From positions 92-64,091 of the forward strand of contig DASXVU010000038.1 in NCBI GenBank assembly GCA_036504055.1: DNA of 64,000 nucleotides, written 5' to 3'. This DNA is from Methanomassiliicoccales archaeon (GTDB lineage Archaea; Thermoplasmatota; Thermoplasmata; Methanomassiliicoccales; UBA472). Below are positions 1 through 11,442 of the stretch, piece by piece; the stretch's first letter is position 1, and the number at the start of each line of letters is the position of its first letter. Below the pieces are notes generated by a model that did not search any database, had not been told where the DNA came from, and saw only the letters and a program-made list of their open reading frames with translations. Both the position numbers and the translations under genes were made by a program.

Positions 1-997
1 CACACACCCCGGCATATTTAAACTTTCGATGGGTCTCCTCGACTTAGGGCACCTGGCTTCAGTTATGGAACGGAACACTTGTGAAAACCATTTGATTGTT
101 CCCCTCTGTCTGGCTCGGTCCTATGGGGCTCGAATTGGCTAGTAAGTTTGAGGATGACTTTCGGGGCATCCGCAGCTTGTCCTTCGGGATTCTTTCTAGG
201 GAGACCGTCACATCCTCCAGCGGCTACCCGTTCAGGCTGTCCATAGACTTACGCCCATCGCCCGATTGAACGACGATATAGGCGCTGTAATGGTCATCCA
301 GATCTAGAATTAATGGTTGGGTTTTGAACCAAAGTCAATTTGAATTCGTAGTGAGAATGATTAAAACCGCGGAACAGTGCTCGACATCATGATTCGTCTT
401 TGCGAATGAATGTAATAGCAAATGGTGTAAGGTTAATAAGACAACTTTGCGGAAGGGCGAATGCCTTCTCACACTTATCCATAGAATGCCGATCGAAGGT
501 ACTTAAACTGATGCGGCACTTATTTATTTACTTTTTTGGATCTTCTTCAGGTCCTTCTCGCTGGCCTTTCCTTCAACCTTTTTGCCATGCGGAATATCCT
601 CGATTTCACTTTTTTCACCTTCTTGAATTTCCTTGATCTTTTTCTCGGTGATTCTCTTCTTGGTTTCTTCTTTCATCTTCTTCACCACATACAATTGAAG
701 ACTGATCAATTATACAATTGACCTGATCTTCAAAATCCATTGGCCTCATTACCTATTAGAGAATGATCAGTCTGGAATTTATAACTCTAAAGAAAAGTTC
801 GCTGATGGAACGCATCAAATATGAACATCCCTCCCTTGATCTCGAAGATAGAAAGGAAGCCATGGTCTTGATGGCAATTCTGATCATCGATAGATAACTC
901 CCAGAGGTTCAAAGGATTGCCCAGCTTGTGGAAATCGACCGGCCAGGGATTGACGAAGTGCCCGGGATACGGTTCATTGGTCAATTTCCGCTATTAA

Positions 998-1384
998 GTG
1001 AGCTATATTTTATTACTTCTTGATAAGAACTTTGCAACTATGGAAGTTTACAGTGAAATCGGTGATGACCTGACCACATTGATCTTATTACCAGTGATCA
1101 GCGGTCATAATAGTACCCTGGAGTTGAGTGTACCGGTCCCTGTCCGCCTTTCATTGAAAAATGGTATGTTCTTGGCTGTGAATCGAGAAATGAATCTTGA
1201 AGGCGTCGGAGAAAAATGGGATGAGGCCTTGCAGATGTTCATGAACTTCTTTTTCACACAGTTCATGACCTATGTTGGGCTGGATGAGGAAAAGCTAATG
1301 CCCAATGAAAAAGAACAATGGGATATTATCCGAGATATGATCCCTGATTGGCAAAGACAATTGGAGAGAATCGCCCTCAAATAA
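998..1384 (+). CDS. hypothetical protein
   Basis: Only sizeable ORF in an AT-rich stretch (128 aa from GTG 998; first ATG at 1040, MEVYSEIGDD...). No motif I can assign. Confidence 0.3.
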   Translation: MSYILLLLDKNFATMEVYSEIGDDLTTLILLPVISGHNSTLELSVPVPVRLSLKNGMFLAVNREMNLEGVGEKWDEALQMFMNFFFTQFMTYVGLDEEKLMPNEKEQWDIIRDMIPDWQRQLERIALK

Positions 1385-2310
1385 TCGGAAAATGTTCGCT
1401 ATTCCTTGAGACTGTCAAAAGTGCATTTGCACCAAGGCCAGCGATCTTAATGATATTCTTCAGACGATACCCGAAGGATAAGCGACTGAGTTACCGGTTT
1501 CGGTCCCTGTCATTGGTTGACACTCTTACGACGGGGACACTTACATCTATCACCATTTCCTAAAAACGTCGAATTTCACTGGATTTTTCTATTTTCTATC
1601 CTTAGATATATATAGACACGAAATGGAGTAAGATTGGAGACTGAAATGGCGGAAATGGCATACAGGATTCGCAGGAATGAACATTACAGTGGCAATAATG
1701 ACAGTGCAATCAGGAAATCGAAGGGGTCTATAGGAGCTTGGAGCATCTAGAGCAGACGGTCAAAGAGGCAGGTATTTTCCAATTCTCTAACCTCCCAGAT
1801 GGAACGATGCGTCTCTACGACAAGGATGTGACCAAGGCAGAGATTACCGCAGACAGTATCGGACAATTTACAGTGGCCATTGTCGACTAGTCCGATGGGC
1901 ATATCCAGGTAGCTCAAGGGTAAATATCTGTAGAGTGAACGGGGGTATCTGGGCGAATGTAGTTCAGTTCAGATTCGGACCTCAAATGGTAGTGTGGTTG
2001 ATCAGGCAAAATCAGAAAATGCATTCGTATCTCTTCAGTTTGCGTTAGTAAATCGTGATTGCAACGATCGAAAAACATTCGAAGTTGTACAAATATTTGG
2101 TTGACCTATCGATTACTTGCCCTTAGTCTTTCTGCATACACTATGCTTCAAAGGAGGGAAATATCACCAATCCGAGACCTCGTTTTGGGAGGGCAGGACC
2201 TTTACCAACAGTAAATGAATATATTACCCAGACAGTGTCAGGAAATCCATATTTTCCATTTTCATTAATAAAACAAGATGATTTAATATGAAAGACAAGA
2301 ATGACCAAAT

Positions 2311-5247
2311 GTGCAAAAGAATATCAATCTATCCAGACTAATTTTTGTTATTTTTGCTGTCTTCGCCATCCTACAACTGCCATCATTTGGGGTTGAGGGG
2401 GTCGGCACCTCAGAATATTGGTCAAACATGAAAATAGATCATTCAGATGGATATGATATGGGAGCGGCACTTGTCATTAATTCAAGTTCTATTCCATTGA
2501 TTGCTTTGCCGACACATGATGGATTATCCTTAGAAACGCGTTCGGATGGTGGCTGGCATTCATTGTTGATTGAGAATACGATGTGCTCGGGGAGACCCAC
2601 GATCGCTCTAGACTCAAATGAGGTGGTTCATATTGCTTATGCGGTTTTGACCAATCCAGGCTCAGAAGCCTCTGCTGCAATCTACGAATTGAAATGTGCA
2701 ATGAACATTTCTAGTATTTGGACAATCACTGTATTATCGACCTCACAAAATGGCGGCTCAATAAGTAATCCTACTTTGGCTAATGATGCCAATGGAATTT
2801 TACATCTATATTTTGTTCAGGACGGTGTCTTTAGACATTTGACATGGACTGCAGGTGCCTGGACAAAGGAGAGCGACCTGACATTCTCGATGTCTCTAAG
2901 CACTTTGCAGATAGGCGATACCACCATAGATAATGGGGGCTTTATTCACGTCATTTGCTGGAACATTTCGTCAGTCAATCGAAATCTCTACTATCTTTCA
3001 AATGAAAATGGAATTCCTGAGGATGTATTGCTAGCTACTAATCCAGGGCAGATCGTCGGGGGGGCCAGTATTGCGGTCAGCTCTGCCGGTAATGTCGCTG
3101 TCTGTTATTCATCAGGAGACGGCCTGAGGGGAATATCATTTTTGATCAGAGAAAATGGATTGTGGATGGGCTCTTCCTCTCCGATGAGCTCTTCAGCGGC
3201 CCCTGTTTCAGGTGCGGTGACATATGATGGGCAGGGACACCTATTCCTTGGTTATCTTATTGAATCAGTAGGTAGTTACAAGATTGCCGAAAATCAGGGT
3301 GATGGGTGGATCGAGCTCTATGCTAGCCCATCTGTTTCCACAGCAGGTTTGCAGCCGAACTTCCCAATAATTCAGACAGATATTCACGGTAATCTACATT
3401 CGATTTATCAGCTCAATTCGGTAAAGAATTATCTTACTGATGCTATACCTTCACCTCCCCAAAATCTGAGTGCAACTACTGGGGACAAGAAAGTCATATT
3501 AACCTGGAGCGTACCTTCAACGGGCTTGGCTCAGGAGTCCTCCTATGCAGTCTATAGACAAAACCAGTTAATCACCATAGTTCATGACAACTCATTCATC
3601 GATAACAATGTAACAAATGGGCAGAATTACAATTACTGTGTCACGGTAGTTAAAGGTCTATTAGAAAGCGGGACTTCTAATTTTGTAATTGCTATGCCTA
3701 GAGGTCCACCGGGTCAACCTACACACTTGACCATTACATCGAACAAAATCGGAGAAATAGCTCTTTCTTGGCAAGCACCCGATTCGGATGGCGGTATTGC
3801 CATCGACTGTTATGTCGTTTACAGTGATGGTGTCGCCATGACAGATGATCAGACAGGTCTGTCGACAGACATTCCCGTCGGGACTGATGGAGGCCATTCT
3901 TTCACGGTGGCAGCTCATAACACCGCTGGTATCGGCAAACAAAGCAATGCGGTCTCATACACCGTCTCTAATGCTCCAACCTGGTTGACTGCAATTGTTG
4001 GCAATGACAAAATGACTTTAAATTGGAGCATTCCAGCCTATAATGGGGGGGTTGCCATCGACTATTATATTATCTCCCAAAATGGAGTCGCTCTTGCGGA
4101 ACATCCCACGGGTTTATCAACAATAATAAACAACCTGGTCAATGGTCAGAGCTATTCTTTCACAGTCGCAGCACACAACGCAGCGGGAATTGGCCCTGAT
4201 TCTTCTGCGTTAGTGGTTTCTCCGACCCAAACCAAACCAACGGAACCAATGAACGTTACTGCCTGGGAAATTGATAGTGGAATCGTTCTCAGCTGGTCAG
4301 CACCCATAGACAAAGGTGGATACTCGATAGCATACAACATTTTCAGAAGCACGTCATCAGAACCAGGATCGCTGTTAGCTACCGTTTCTGGGACCTCCTA
4401 TTCGGATATGGAAATTACCCTGGGAACTAACTATCATTACTATGTCGAGGCAGTCAACCAGCTTGGCAGTTCTGCCCCAAGCAAACAGGTCGGCCCTATC
4501 TCCGCGTCTGCCGCCGTAGCTCTGAACATGGAGACTGATTCATCCTCCAGCTCGATCGGGATACTAATAACCATCAATGGAGGCCTCAAGACCGTGGCGA
4601 GTGGCCAACCGGTCAGTGGAATGAACATCGATCTATCTTACAGTGTGGACAAAGGACAATCCTGGATAGTAATGACTTCGCTCACGACTTCACCTACAGG
4701 TAACTTCTCCACACAGTGGATCCCGACGGTGACCGGTGTCTATATGCTTAAGGGTAGTTGGGATGGCAACGCGGTTTATCAACCATCAACATCCATGATG
4801 AGCCTGGCGGTGACTGCATCTTCTGGCAACTATGTGTTCACTGTGCAATCCAACTCGACCGTCTCTGGCCTATCCTTCAATTCGACCAACTCGCAGTTGA
4901 GTTTTACGATCAGCGGCCAGACCGGGACCTCTGGTTATACCCGAATAGTTGTCAGTAAGCAACTCGTTGCCGACGGGGAGACCATTAGATTATCGATGGA
5001 TGGATCCAGTATGAACTATTCACTGAGCTCTTCCGGCTCCTCATGGATACTATATTTCACATATCACCACAGCACACATAGTGTAGTGGCCTCGCTCAAT
5101 GAAGCTGGGAGGGACCAAGGTTCCATAGGCCCTAACGAAGACGCATTCCCATTGGTCGCAATTGGTGGAGCGTGTGCGATCGCATTATTACTGGTATTAG
5201 GTGTCCTAGTTGTTCGGAAACGAAGAGGCAAGACGGGGGGCCCTTGA
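2311..5247 (+). CDS. secreted membrane-anchored surface protein: beta-propeller-like N-terminal region, four fibronectin type III domains, C-terminal TM anchor
   Basis: 978-aa ORF with a GTG start. Signal-like N-terminus LIFVIFAVFAILQLPSFG. Recurring blade-like strands (HIAYAV, LHLYFVQDG, IHVICW, VAVCYSS, HLFLGYL, LHSIYQL). Four FN3-like units (PPQNLSATTGDKKVILTWSVP; PTHLTITSNKIGEIALSWQAPDSDGG; PTWLTAIVGNDKMTLNWSIPAYNGG; PMNVTAWEIDSGIVLSWSAPIDKGG). Terminal helix AIGGACAIALLLVLGVLVV followed by RKRRGK. Confidence 0.85.
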   Translation: MQKNINLSRLIFVIFAVFAILQLPSFGVEGVGTSEYWSNMKIDHSDGYDMGAALVINSSSIPLIALPTHDGLSLETRSDGGWHSLLIENTMCSGRPTIALDSNEVVHIAYAVLTNPGSEASAAIYELKCAMNISSIWTITVLSTSQNGGSISNPTLANDANGILHLYFVQDGVFRHLTWTAGAWTKESDLTFSMSLSTLQIGDTTIDNGGFIHVICWNISSVNRNLYYLSNENGIPEDVLLATNPGQIVGGASIAVSSAGNVAVCYSSGDGLRGISFLIRENGLWMGSSSPMSSSAAPVSGAVTYDGQGHLFLGYLIESVGSYKIAENQGDGWIELYASPSVSTAGLQPNFPIIQTDIHGNLHSIYQLNSVKNYLTDAIPSPPQNLSATTGDKKVILTWSVPSTGLAQESSYAVYRQNQLITIVHDNSFIDNNVTNGQNYNYCVTVVKGLLESGTSNFVIAMPRGPPGQPTHLTITSNKIGEIALSWQAPDSDGGIAIDCYVVYSDGVAMTDDQTGLSTDIPVGTDGGHSFTVAAHNTAGIGKQSNAVSYTVSNAPTWLTAIVGNDKMTLNWSIPAYNGGVAIDYYIISQNGVALAEHPTGLSTIINNLVNGQSYSFTVAAHNAAGIGPDSSALVVSPTQTKPTEPMNVTAWEIDSGIVLSWSAPIDKGGYSIAYNIFRSTSSEPGSLLATVSGTSYSDMEITLGTNYHYYVEAVNQLGSSAPSKQVGPISASAAVALNMETDSSSSSIGILITINGGLKTVASGQPVSGMNIDLSYSVDKGQSWIVMTSLTTSPTGNFSTQWIPTVTGVYMLKGSWDGNAVYQPSTSMMSLAVTASSGNYVFTVQSNSTVSGLSFNSTNSQLSFTISGQTGTSGYTRIVVSKQLVADGETIRLSMDGSSMNYSLSSSGSSWILYFTYHHSTHSVVASLNEAGRDQGSIGPNEDAFPLVAIGGACAIALLLVLGVLVVRKRRGKTGGP

Positions 5248-5828
5248 TGGAAGAATGATGGCTGGAAAAACGACCATCATCAAGAGACTCGAACCTTATG
5301 GTGGGCAGATCAGATTCGTCGTCACTGTCTATTCGAACTGCGGCTACCAGTTAACCTCAACTCTGAACTTTCTTGCTATCCCGAACAGGGCAGCAAGATC
5401 ACAATGCACTTCCCTCATGCCAAAATAGGAACACGAGGGAAATGCGGGCAGATGTAGTGGGCCCAAGAAAATACGACTCCTGACATCTTTTGCGATATAG
5501 TTCCGCAATTCGAATACTTCTCAATTATTGGTTGCCAGTTGAAGAGAGAATACAATCAAGGTCGATAGTCTATTGCCTTGGTCTAGCCTCACTCATAAAG
5601 AACATATCCAATTGTTATATTGTCAGTGGTCACGGACTTGTCTCCTTCATATAAGTAGGCCATATATTCTCATCATCGAGCGCCTTGCTCGTTCCGCCAT
5701 GTCATCGAGAGAGAGTTCTTGGAGCTCGATCAGCTCCTTGTACCCGGCCGCCTGTCCAGTTATCGTTCCACCGGGAAAACCATTTAATCGTTCTGCTCCA
5801 ATGTGCCAACTGCAGGAAGGTATTGGGA

Positions 5829-7694
5829 ATGGCATCTAACCGGACCAAGGCCAATGGAAAAAAGACCACGACGGCTGAAGAAGCCGTCCGCTCCATCGGT
5901 CGAGGAAAGACCATTTTCATCGGCACCGGTTGCGGCGAACCGCAGGCCCTGGTCATGGCGCTCATCGCCGAGTCGGAGAACCTGGGGGACAATGAGATCG
6001 TCCAGACCTTGTCGTTGGGATTGATGCCATACAATGAGGAAAGGTTCAACGATCGGTTCCGGCTCAACGCATTCTTCATTGGTCCCAACGTCCGATACGC
6101 CGTGAACGACGGCAGGGCTGACTATACGCCAGTGAATCTGTCGCAGATCAGCAGGATGTTCGATTCTGGCAAGATAATCATAGACGTTGCCCTTATCCAG
6201 GTGTCTCCTCCAGACGCAAACGGGGATTGTTCTTTGGGAGTGTCCGTCGACATAACCAAATCGGCCGCCGAGAATGCCGAGATGGTCATCGCGCAAGTCA
6301 ACCACAACATGCCTCGGACCCATGGGGATTCCCTCATCAACCTATCCGAGATCGACTATGTGGTAGAGATCGATGAGCCGATCTTCGAATGGAGACCAGA
6401 ACGAGAGGAGAAGATGGAGGTCCTCACGAAGCTGGGGAAGTACCTGTCCGATCTGGTCCCTGACGGGGCCACGCTTCAGATCGGATATGGTTCCACGCCG
6501 GACGCAGCGATCAAATACCTGACCAAAAAAAAGGATCTGGGTGTTCATACGGAACTCCTCTCGGACGGTCTGGTCTCCCTCATAGAGTCTGGTGCGGTGA
6601 ACGGTTCGAGAAAGTCGTTGGACAATGGCAAGGTGGTGGCCTCCTTCGTGATGGGGACCCAGCACGTCTACGACTTCATCAACGATAACCCGGTCATCGA
6701 GATGCGGCCATCATCGTATACCAATGATCCTTGCATCATCGGTCGCCAGGAGAGCATGATCTCCATAAACTCGGCCCTGCAGGTCGACCTCACAGGACAG
6801 GTGTGCGCAGACCAGCTGGGCAACAAGTTCTTCTCAGGTCTGGGCGGTCACGTCGATTTCATGCGTGGAGCAGCTCGTTCGAAGGGCGGCAAGCCGATCA
6901 TCGCCATGCCATCCACCGCCAGGGACGGGTCGGTATCGAGGATAATGCCCACCCTCGACCAGGGGTCGGCGGTGACCACCACCAGGGGCGATGTTCATTA
7001 CGTCGTCACAGAGTACGGTATCGCGGAACTGCATGGCAAGAGCATTTCCCAGAGAGCCCTGGCGCTCATCTCCATCGCTCACCCGAAGTTCCGGCCGCAG
7101 CTTCTGGCGCATGCGAAATCGCTCGGTTATGTGTTCAAGGACGTTTCCGGTATGACCTTCACCGGATCTATCTATCCAGAGCAGTACGAGGCCGTCCTGG
7201 TCATGAAAGGCGTGGAGGTCTATTTCCGCCCGGCGAAGTTGACCGACGAGCCCATGATCAAGGAGATGTTCTATTCACTTTCTGAGGCGACCATGTATCA
7301 GCGTTACATGGGGCCAAAGAAGCAGATGCCCCACAAGGAGATCCAGCGGCTGATCGACATCGACTATGAGGGGACGATAACGGTCATCGCCATGACCAAG
7401 GACGGAGACCATTTCCACGTGATCGGTATGGCCTCGTACGACGTGGACAAGGCTAACAACTCAGCCGAGGTGGCGTTCGTCGTTGTGGATCGTTGGCAGA
7501 ACAAGGGCATCGGCATGCAGTTCATGGACATGCTGATCAGGATCGCCAAGGACAAAGGGGTCAAGGCGTTCACCGCGGAGCTTCTCTCTGAGAACTTCCG
7601 TATGCTGGACATGTTCTACCGCACTGGCCTCAAGGTAGAGGCCCGGCTGGTAGAGGACACCTACATGGTCAACATGGACCTTTGGTCCAAGTGA
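5829..7694 (+). CDS. acetyl-CoA hydrolase/transferase family domain fused to a C-terminal GNAT acetyltransferase domain
   Basis: The ORF track starts at 5685, but that N-terminal extension is Arg/Pro-rich junk. ATG 5829 (MASNRTKANGKK...) follows GGAAGG. The N-terminal ~440 aa reads as 4-hydroxybutyrate/acetyl-CoA transferase-like (GTGCGEPQAL, INSALQVDLTGQVCAD, GLGGHVDFMRGA). The C-terminal ~175 aa (about nt 7165-7691) is GNAT with motif A VVVDRWQNKGIGMQFM. Confidence 0.85.
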   Translation: MASNRTKANGKKTTTAEEAVRSIGRGKTIFIGTGCGEPQALVMALIAESENLGDNEIVQTLSLGLMPYNEERFNDRFRLNAFFIGPNVRYAVNDGRADYTPVNLSQISRMFDSGKIIIDVALIQVSPPDANGDCSLGVSVDITKSAAENAEMVIAQVNHNMPRTHGDSLINLSEIDYVVEIDEPIFEWRPEREEKMEVLTKLGKYLSDLVPDGATLQIGYGSTPDAAIKYLTKKKDLGVHTELLSDGLVSLIESGAVNGSRKSLDNGKVVASFVMGTQHVYDFINDNPVIEMRPSSYTNDPCIIGRQESMISINSALQVDLTGQVCADQLGNKFFSGLGGHVDFMRGAARSKGGKPIIAMPSTARDGSVSRIMPTLDQGSAVTTTRGDVHYVVTEYGIAELHGKSISQRALALISIAHPKFRPQLLAHAKSLGYVFKDVSGMTFTGSIYPEQYEAVLVMKGVEVYFRPAKLTDEPMIKEMFYSLSEATMYQRYMGPKKQMPHKEIQRLIDIDYEGTITVIAMTKDGDHFHVIGMASYDVDKANNSAEVAFVVVDRWQNKGIGMQFMDMLIRIAKDKGVKAFTAELLSENFRMLDMFYRTGLKVEARLVEDTYMVNMDLWSK

Positions 7695-7881
7695 GAATGT
7701 AATGAGGGACCGCCACCATTTTAATAAAACTTGAACGGAGGGCATTCCTCCCTCCTAAGTAGTTTTTTAAGATCTCCTCGGAGAGGAGTACTAGGGGGGC
7801 CAAAGGTGGTTCCTTTGGCGGAATATGGCGAGGACGAACCCCTATAATATCGTTGGCCACCCTTCCTCCATGGTTTCGGAA

Positions 7882-9861
<1,980 letters not shown>

Positions 9862-10323
9862 CCCTTTTCCTCCGGGGTTAGGCCGCTTCCCTGGGAATTG
9901 CGACGAAGCATATCCCCTATTCGAAAGCACGCCGAGGCCATTCAGGTCCACGGAGATAATTAAACCTTTCGAGAACGTCCAACGATAGTTGACGAATTCC
10001 TAAAATATTGTAAGGTAATGCGTACGGACAATACGGTATTCGTATCAATATCTTACAATTAGTTCTGCCTTCCGCATTACTGTCAGGCATTGCATGAGGG
10101 TTGTCATGATTTGCGATTCGACACTTCAGGCCCAATGGCCATAACAATGTAGATTCTGCCATTCCTGGGTCATCATTAGCGCGGTTGCGGTGGATCGTTA
10201 CTGTGCTGATCAGGCTTCATATCAAATCTATTGAACGAGGAGATAGGATAATCAAACAAGAAATCGGTTCGGATCTATTTAGACTGGGGTTTTTTAGAGA
10301 ATGCATCGGTTTTTTAGAATCAC

Positions 10324-10377
10324 TATCACTGATAACATTAAATAACTATCATTATTTGACGATACGTATCACTGATA
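10324..10377. promoter_or_regulatory. two copies of the 11-bp palindrome TATCACTGATA (10324-10334 and 10367-10377), plus a TATCAC half-site at 10390-10395; candidate operator
   Basis: Exact repeats read directly in the AT-rich region immediately upstream of the TTG start at 10411. Copies are spaced 43 bp apart. TATCA-N-TGATA is a perfect palindrome. Confidence 0.35.
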
Positions 10378-10410
10378 TCATAATATACCTATCACCAAAT
10401 ACAGATACCA

Positions 10411-11442
10411 TTGACAACTGAGAAAAAGAATGAACTAGAGGCATTCTTAATACAGAAACTCGGCATAGATGAGCAAGCAAGCATTCAGGTGGAACCAGCT
10501 TGGCAGGATTTCAGTTTCGATATGGTAATCGAAGACCCAAAAAAATCCCAAAAATATTACATTGAGATCAAAACAAAGGCGTCATTAGACAGCCTGGCTC
10601 AAATCAATCTCTTTAAGGATGTTATGCTGGAAACTGAAACAATCAGTGACCTTCATTTCGTACTGGCTGGCAAGTACATCTCGACAAAGACAGGAGAACT
10701 AGCAGAAGGGCTGAACATTCGTACCTTGATCATTCCAAGAGAAATAGCATTACCCGGAGAGGGTTCAAGGATACAAGGTTCAGTCAAGATTACCTCCGAG
10801 AAATCTTGGAAGGTTGTGTCAGGACTGATCGGGTTGAAATCAAGTTCGATTAGAAACCTTTCTATCATTTTGAAAGTGTCCTATGGATGGACTCATGCAA
10901 CCATGAAGCAATTGATTTCGCATGGTCTTGCTAGAACGAGTGGAAACCAGGTTTCCATCAGCGATATGGACAAACTACTAAATGGAGTGGCCTGGGAGAG
11001 GCCCACGAACAACCTTATTGTAAAGGAATTCACAATTCCAAACAGGGATATCTTCGAAGCCGCTAAAGAATTGGCAAATATGTTCGAAAGTCAAGGAATC
11101 CGATATGCGTTTGCCAGCTATTTCGCGGGAACGCAGTACACTGGTGAAAGCATCAGGTTCGATTCAATCCAAGTATATCTTGAAAAGAAAGATATCGAGG
11201 ATATTGGTAGCCAGTTTGGCTGGGGTGAGGGATTGTCTGGAATCAAGCTACAAATAATGGGTCCCGATAGAGAGTTATTCAGTGAATCGAGGAGTACTGG
11301 GGGGGTGAGGATAACGTCACCCTCTCAGACATTATTAGACCTGGCCGGATTGGGATATAAAGGAAAGGACTTGACGAAATCCATGGTGGCGCTCTATGGT
11401 CAACTATCTCGATCTGAACTCAATAATCCAGAATTCCAATGA
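10411..11442 (+). CDS. AbiEi-like wHTH protein with an N-terminal PD-(D/E)xK nuclease-like domain
   Basis: 343-aa ORF with a TTG start. The N-terminus FDMVIED...YYIEIK fits a D...(D/E)xK restriction-endonuclease-like motif. The middle (IRNLSIILKVSYGWTHATMKQLISHGLARTSGNQVSIS) looks like a winged helix. The C-terminal VRITSPSQTLLDLAGLG resembles the conserved AbiEi antitoxin C-domain motif. A nucleotidyltransferase ORF follows directly and overlaps it. Confidence 0.55.
   Translation: MTTEKKNELEAFLIQKLGIDEQASIQVEPAWQDFSFDMVIEDPKKSQKYYIEIKTKASLDSLAQINLFKDVMLETETISDLHFVLAGKYISTKTGELAEGLNIRTLIIPREIALPGEGSRIQGSVKITSEKSWKVVSGLIGLKSSSIRNLSIILKVSYGWTHATMKQLISHGLARTSGNQVSISDMDKLLNGVAWERPTNNLIVKEFTIPNRDIFEAAKELANMFESQGIRYAFASYFAGTQYTGESIRFDSIQVYLEKKDIEDIGSQFGWGEGLSGIKLQIMGPDRELFSESRSTGGVRITSPSQTLLDLAGLGYKGKDLTKSMVALYGQLSRSELNNPEFQ

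Noticed and set aside
400-984. Small ORFs at the left edge: 400..636, 524..709 (a Lys/Glu-rich 61 aa), 536..721 and 787..984
   Set aside because: The region is AT-rich with overlapping ORFs on both strands. The Lys/Glu-rich peptide could simply reflect A-rich sequence. I found no integrase or transposase motifs despite looking for a mobile-element boundary.
1935-2010. tRNA-like string GGGCGAATGTAGTTCAGTTCAGATTCGG...
   Set aside because: GTAGTTCAGT resembles a D-arm, but no complementary D-stem, anticodon stem or GTTCRANYC T-loop can be drawn, so there is no cloverleaf.
5685-5828. Upstream extension of the CoA-transferase/GNAT ORF, and the opposite-strand 62-aa ORF 5647..5835
   Set aside because: The extension is Arg/Pro/Cys-rich with no homology signal, and ATG 5829 has a ribosome-binding site. 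The antisense 62-aa ORF reads somewhat protein-like (ELSLDDMAERARRSMMRI), but it would overlap the divergent start and has no recognisable motif.
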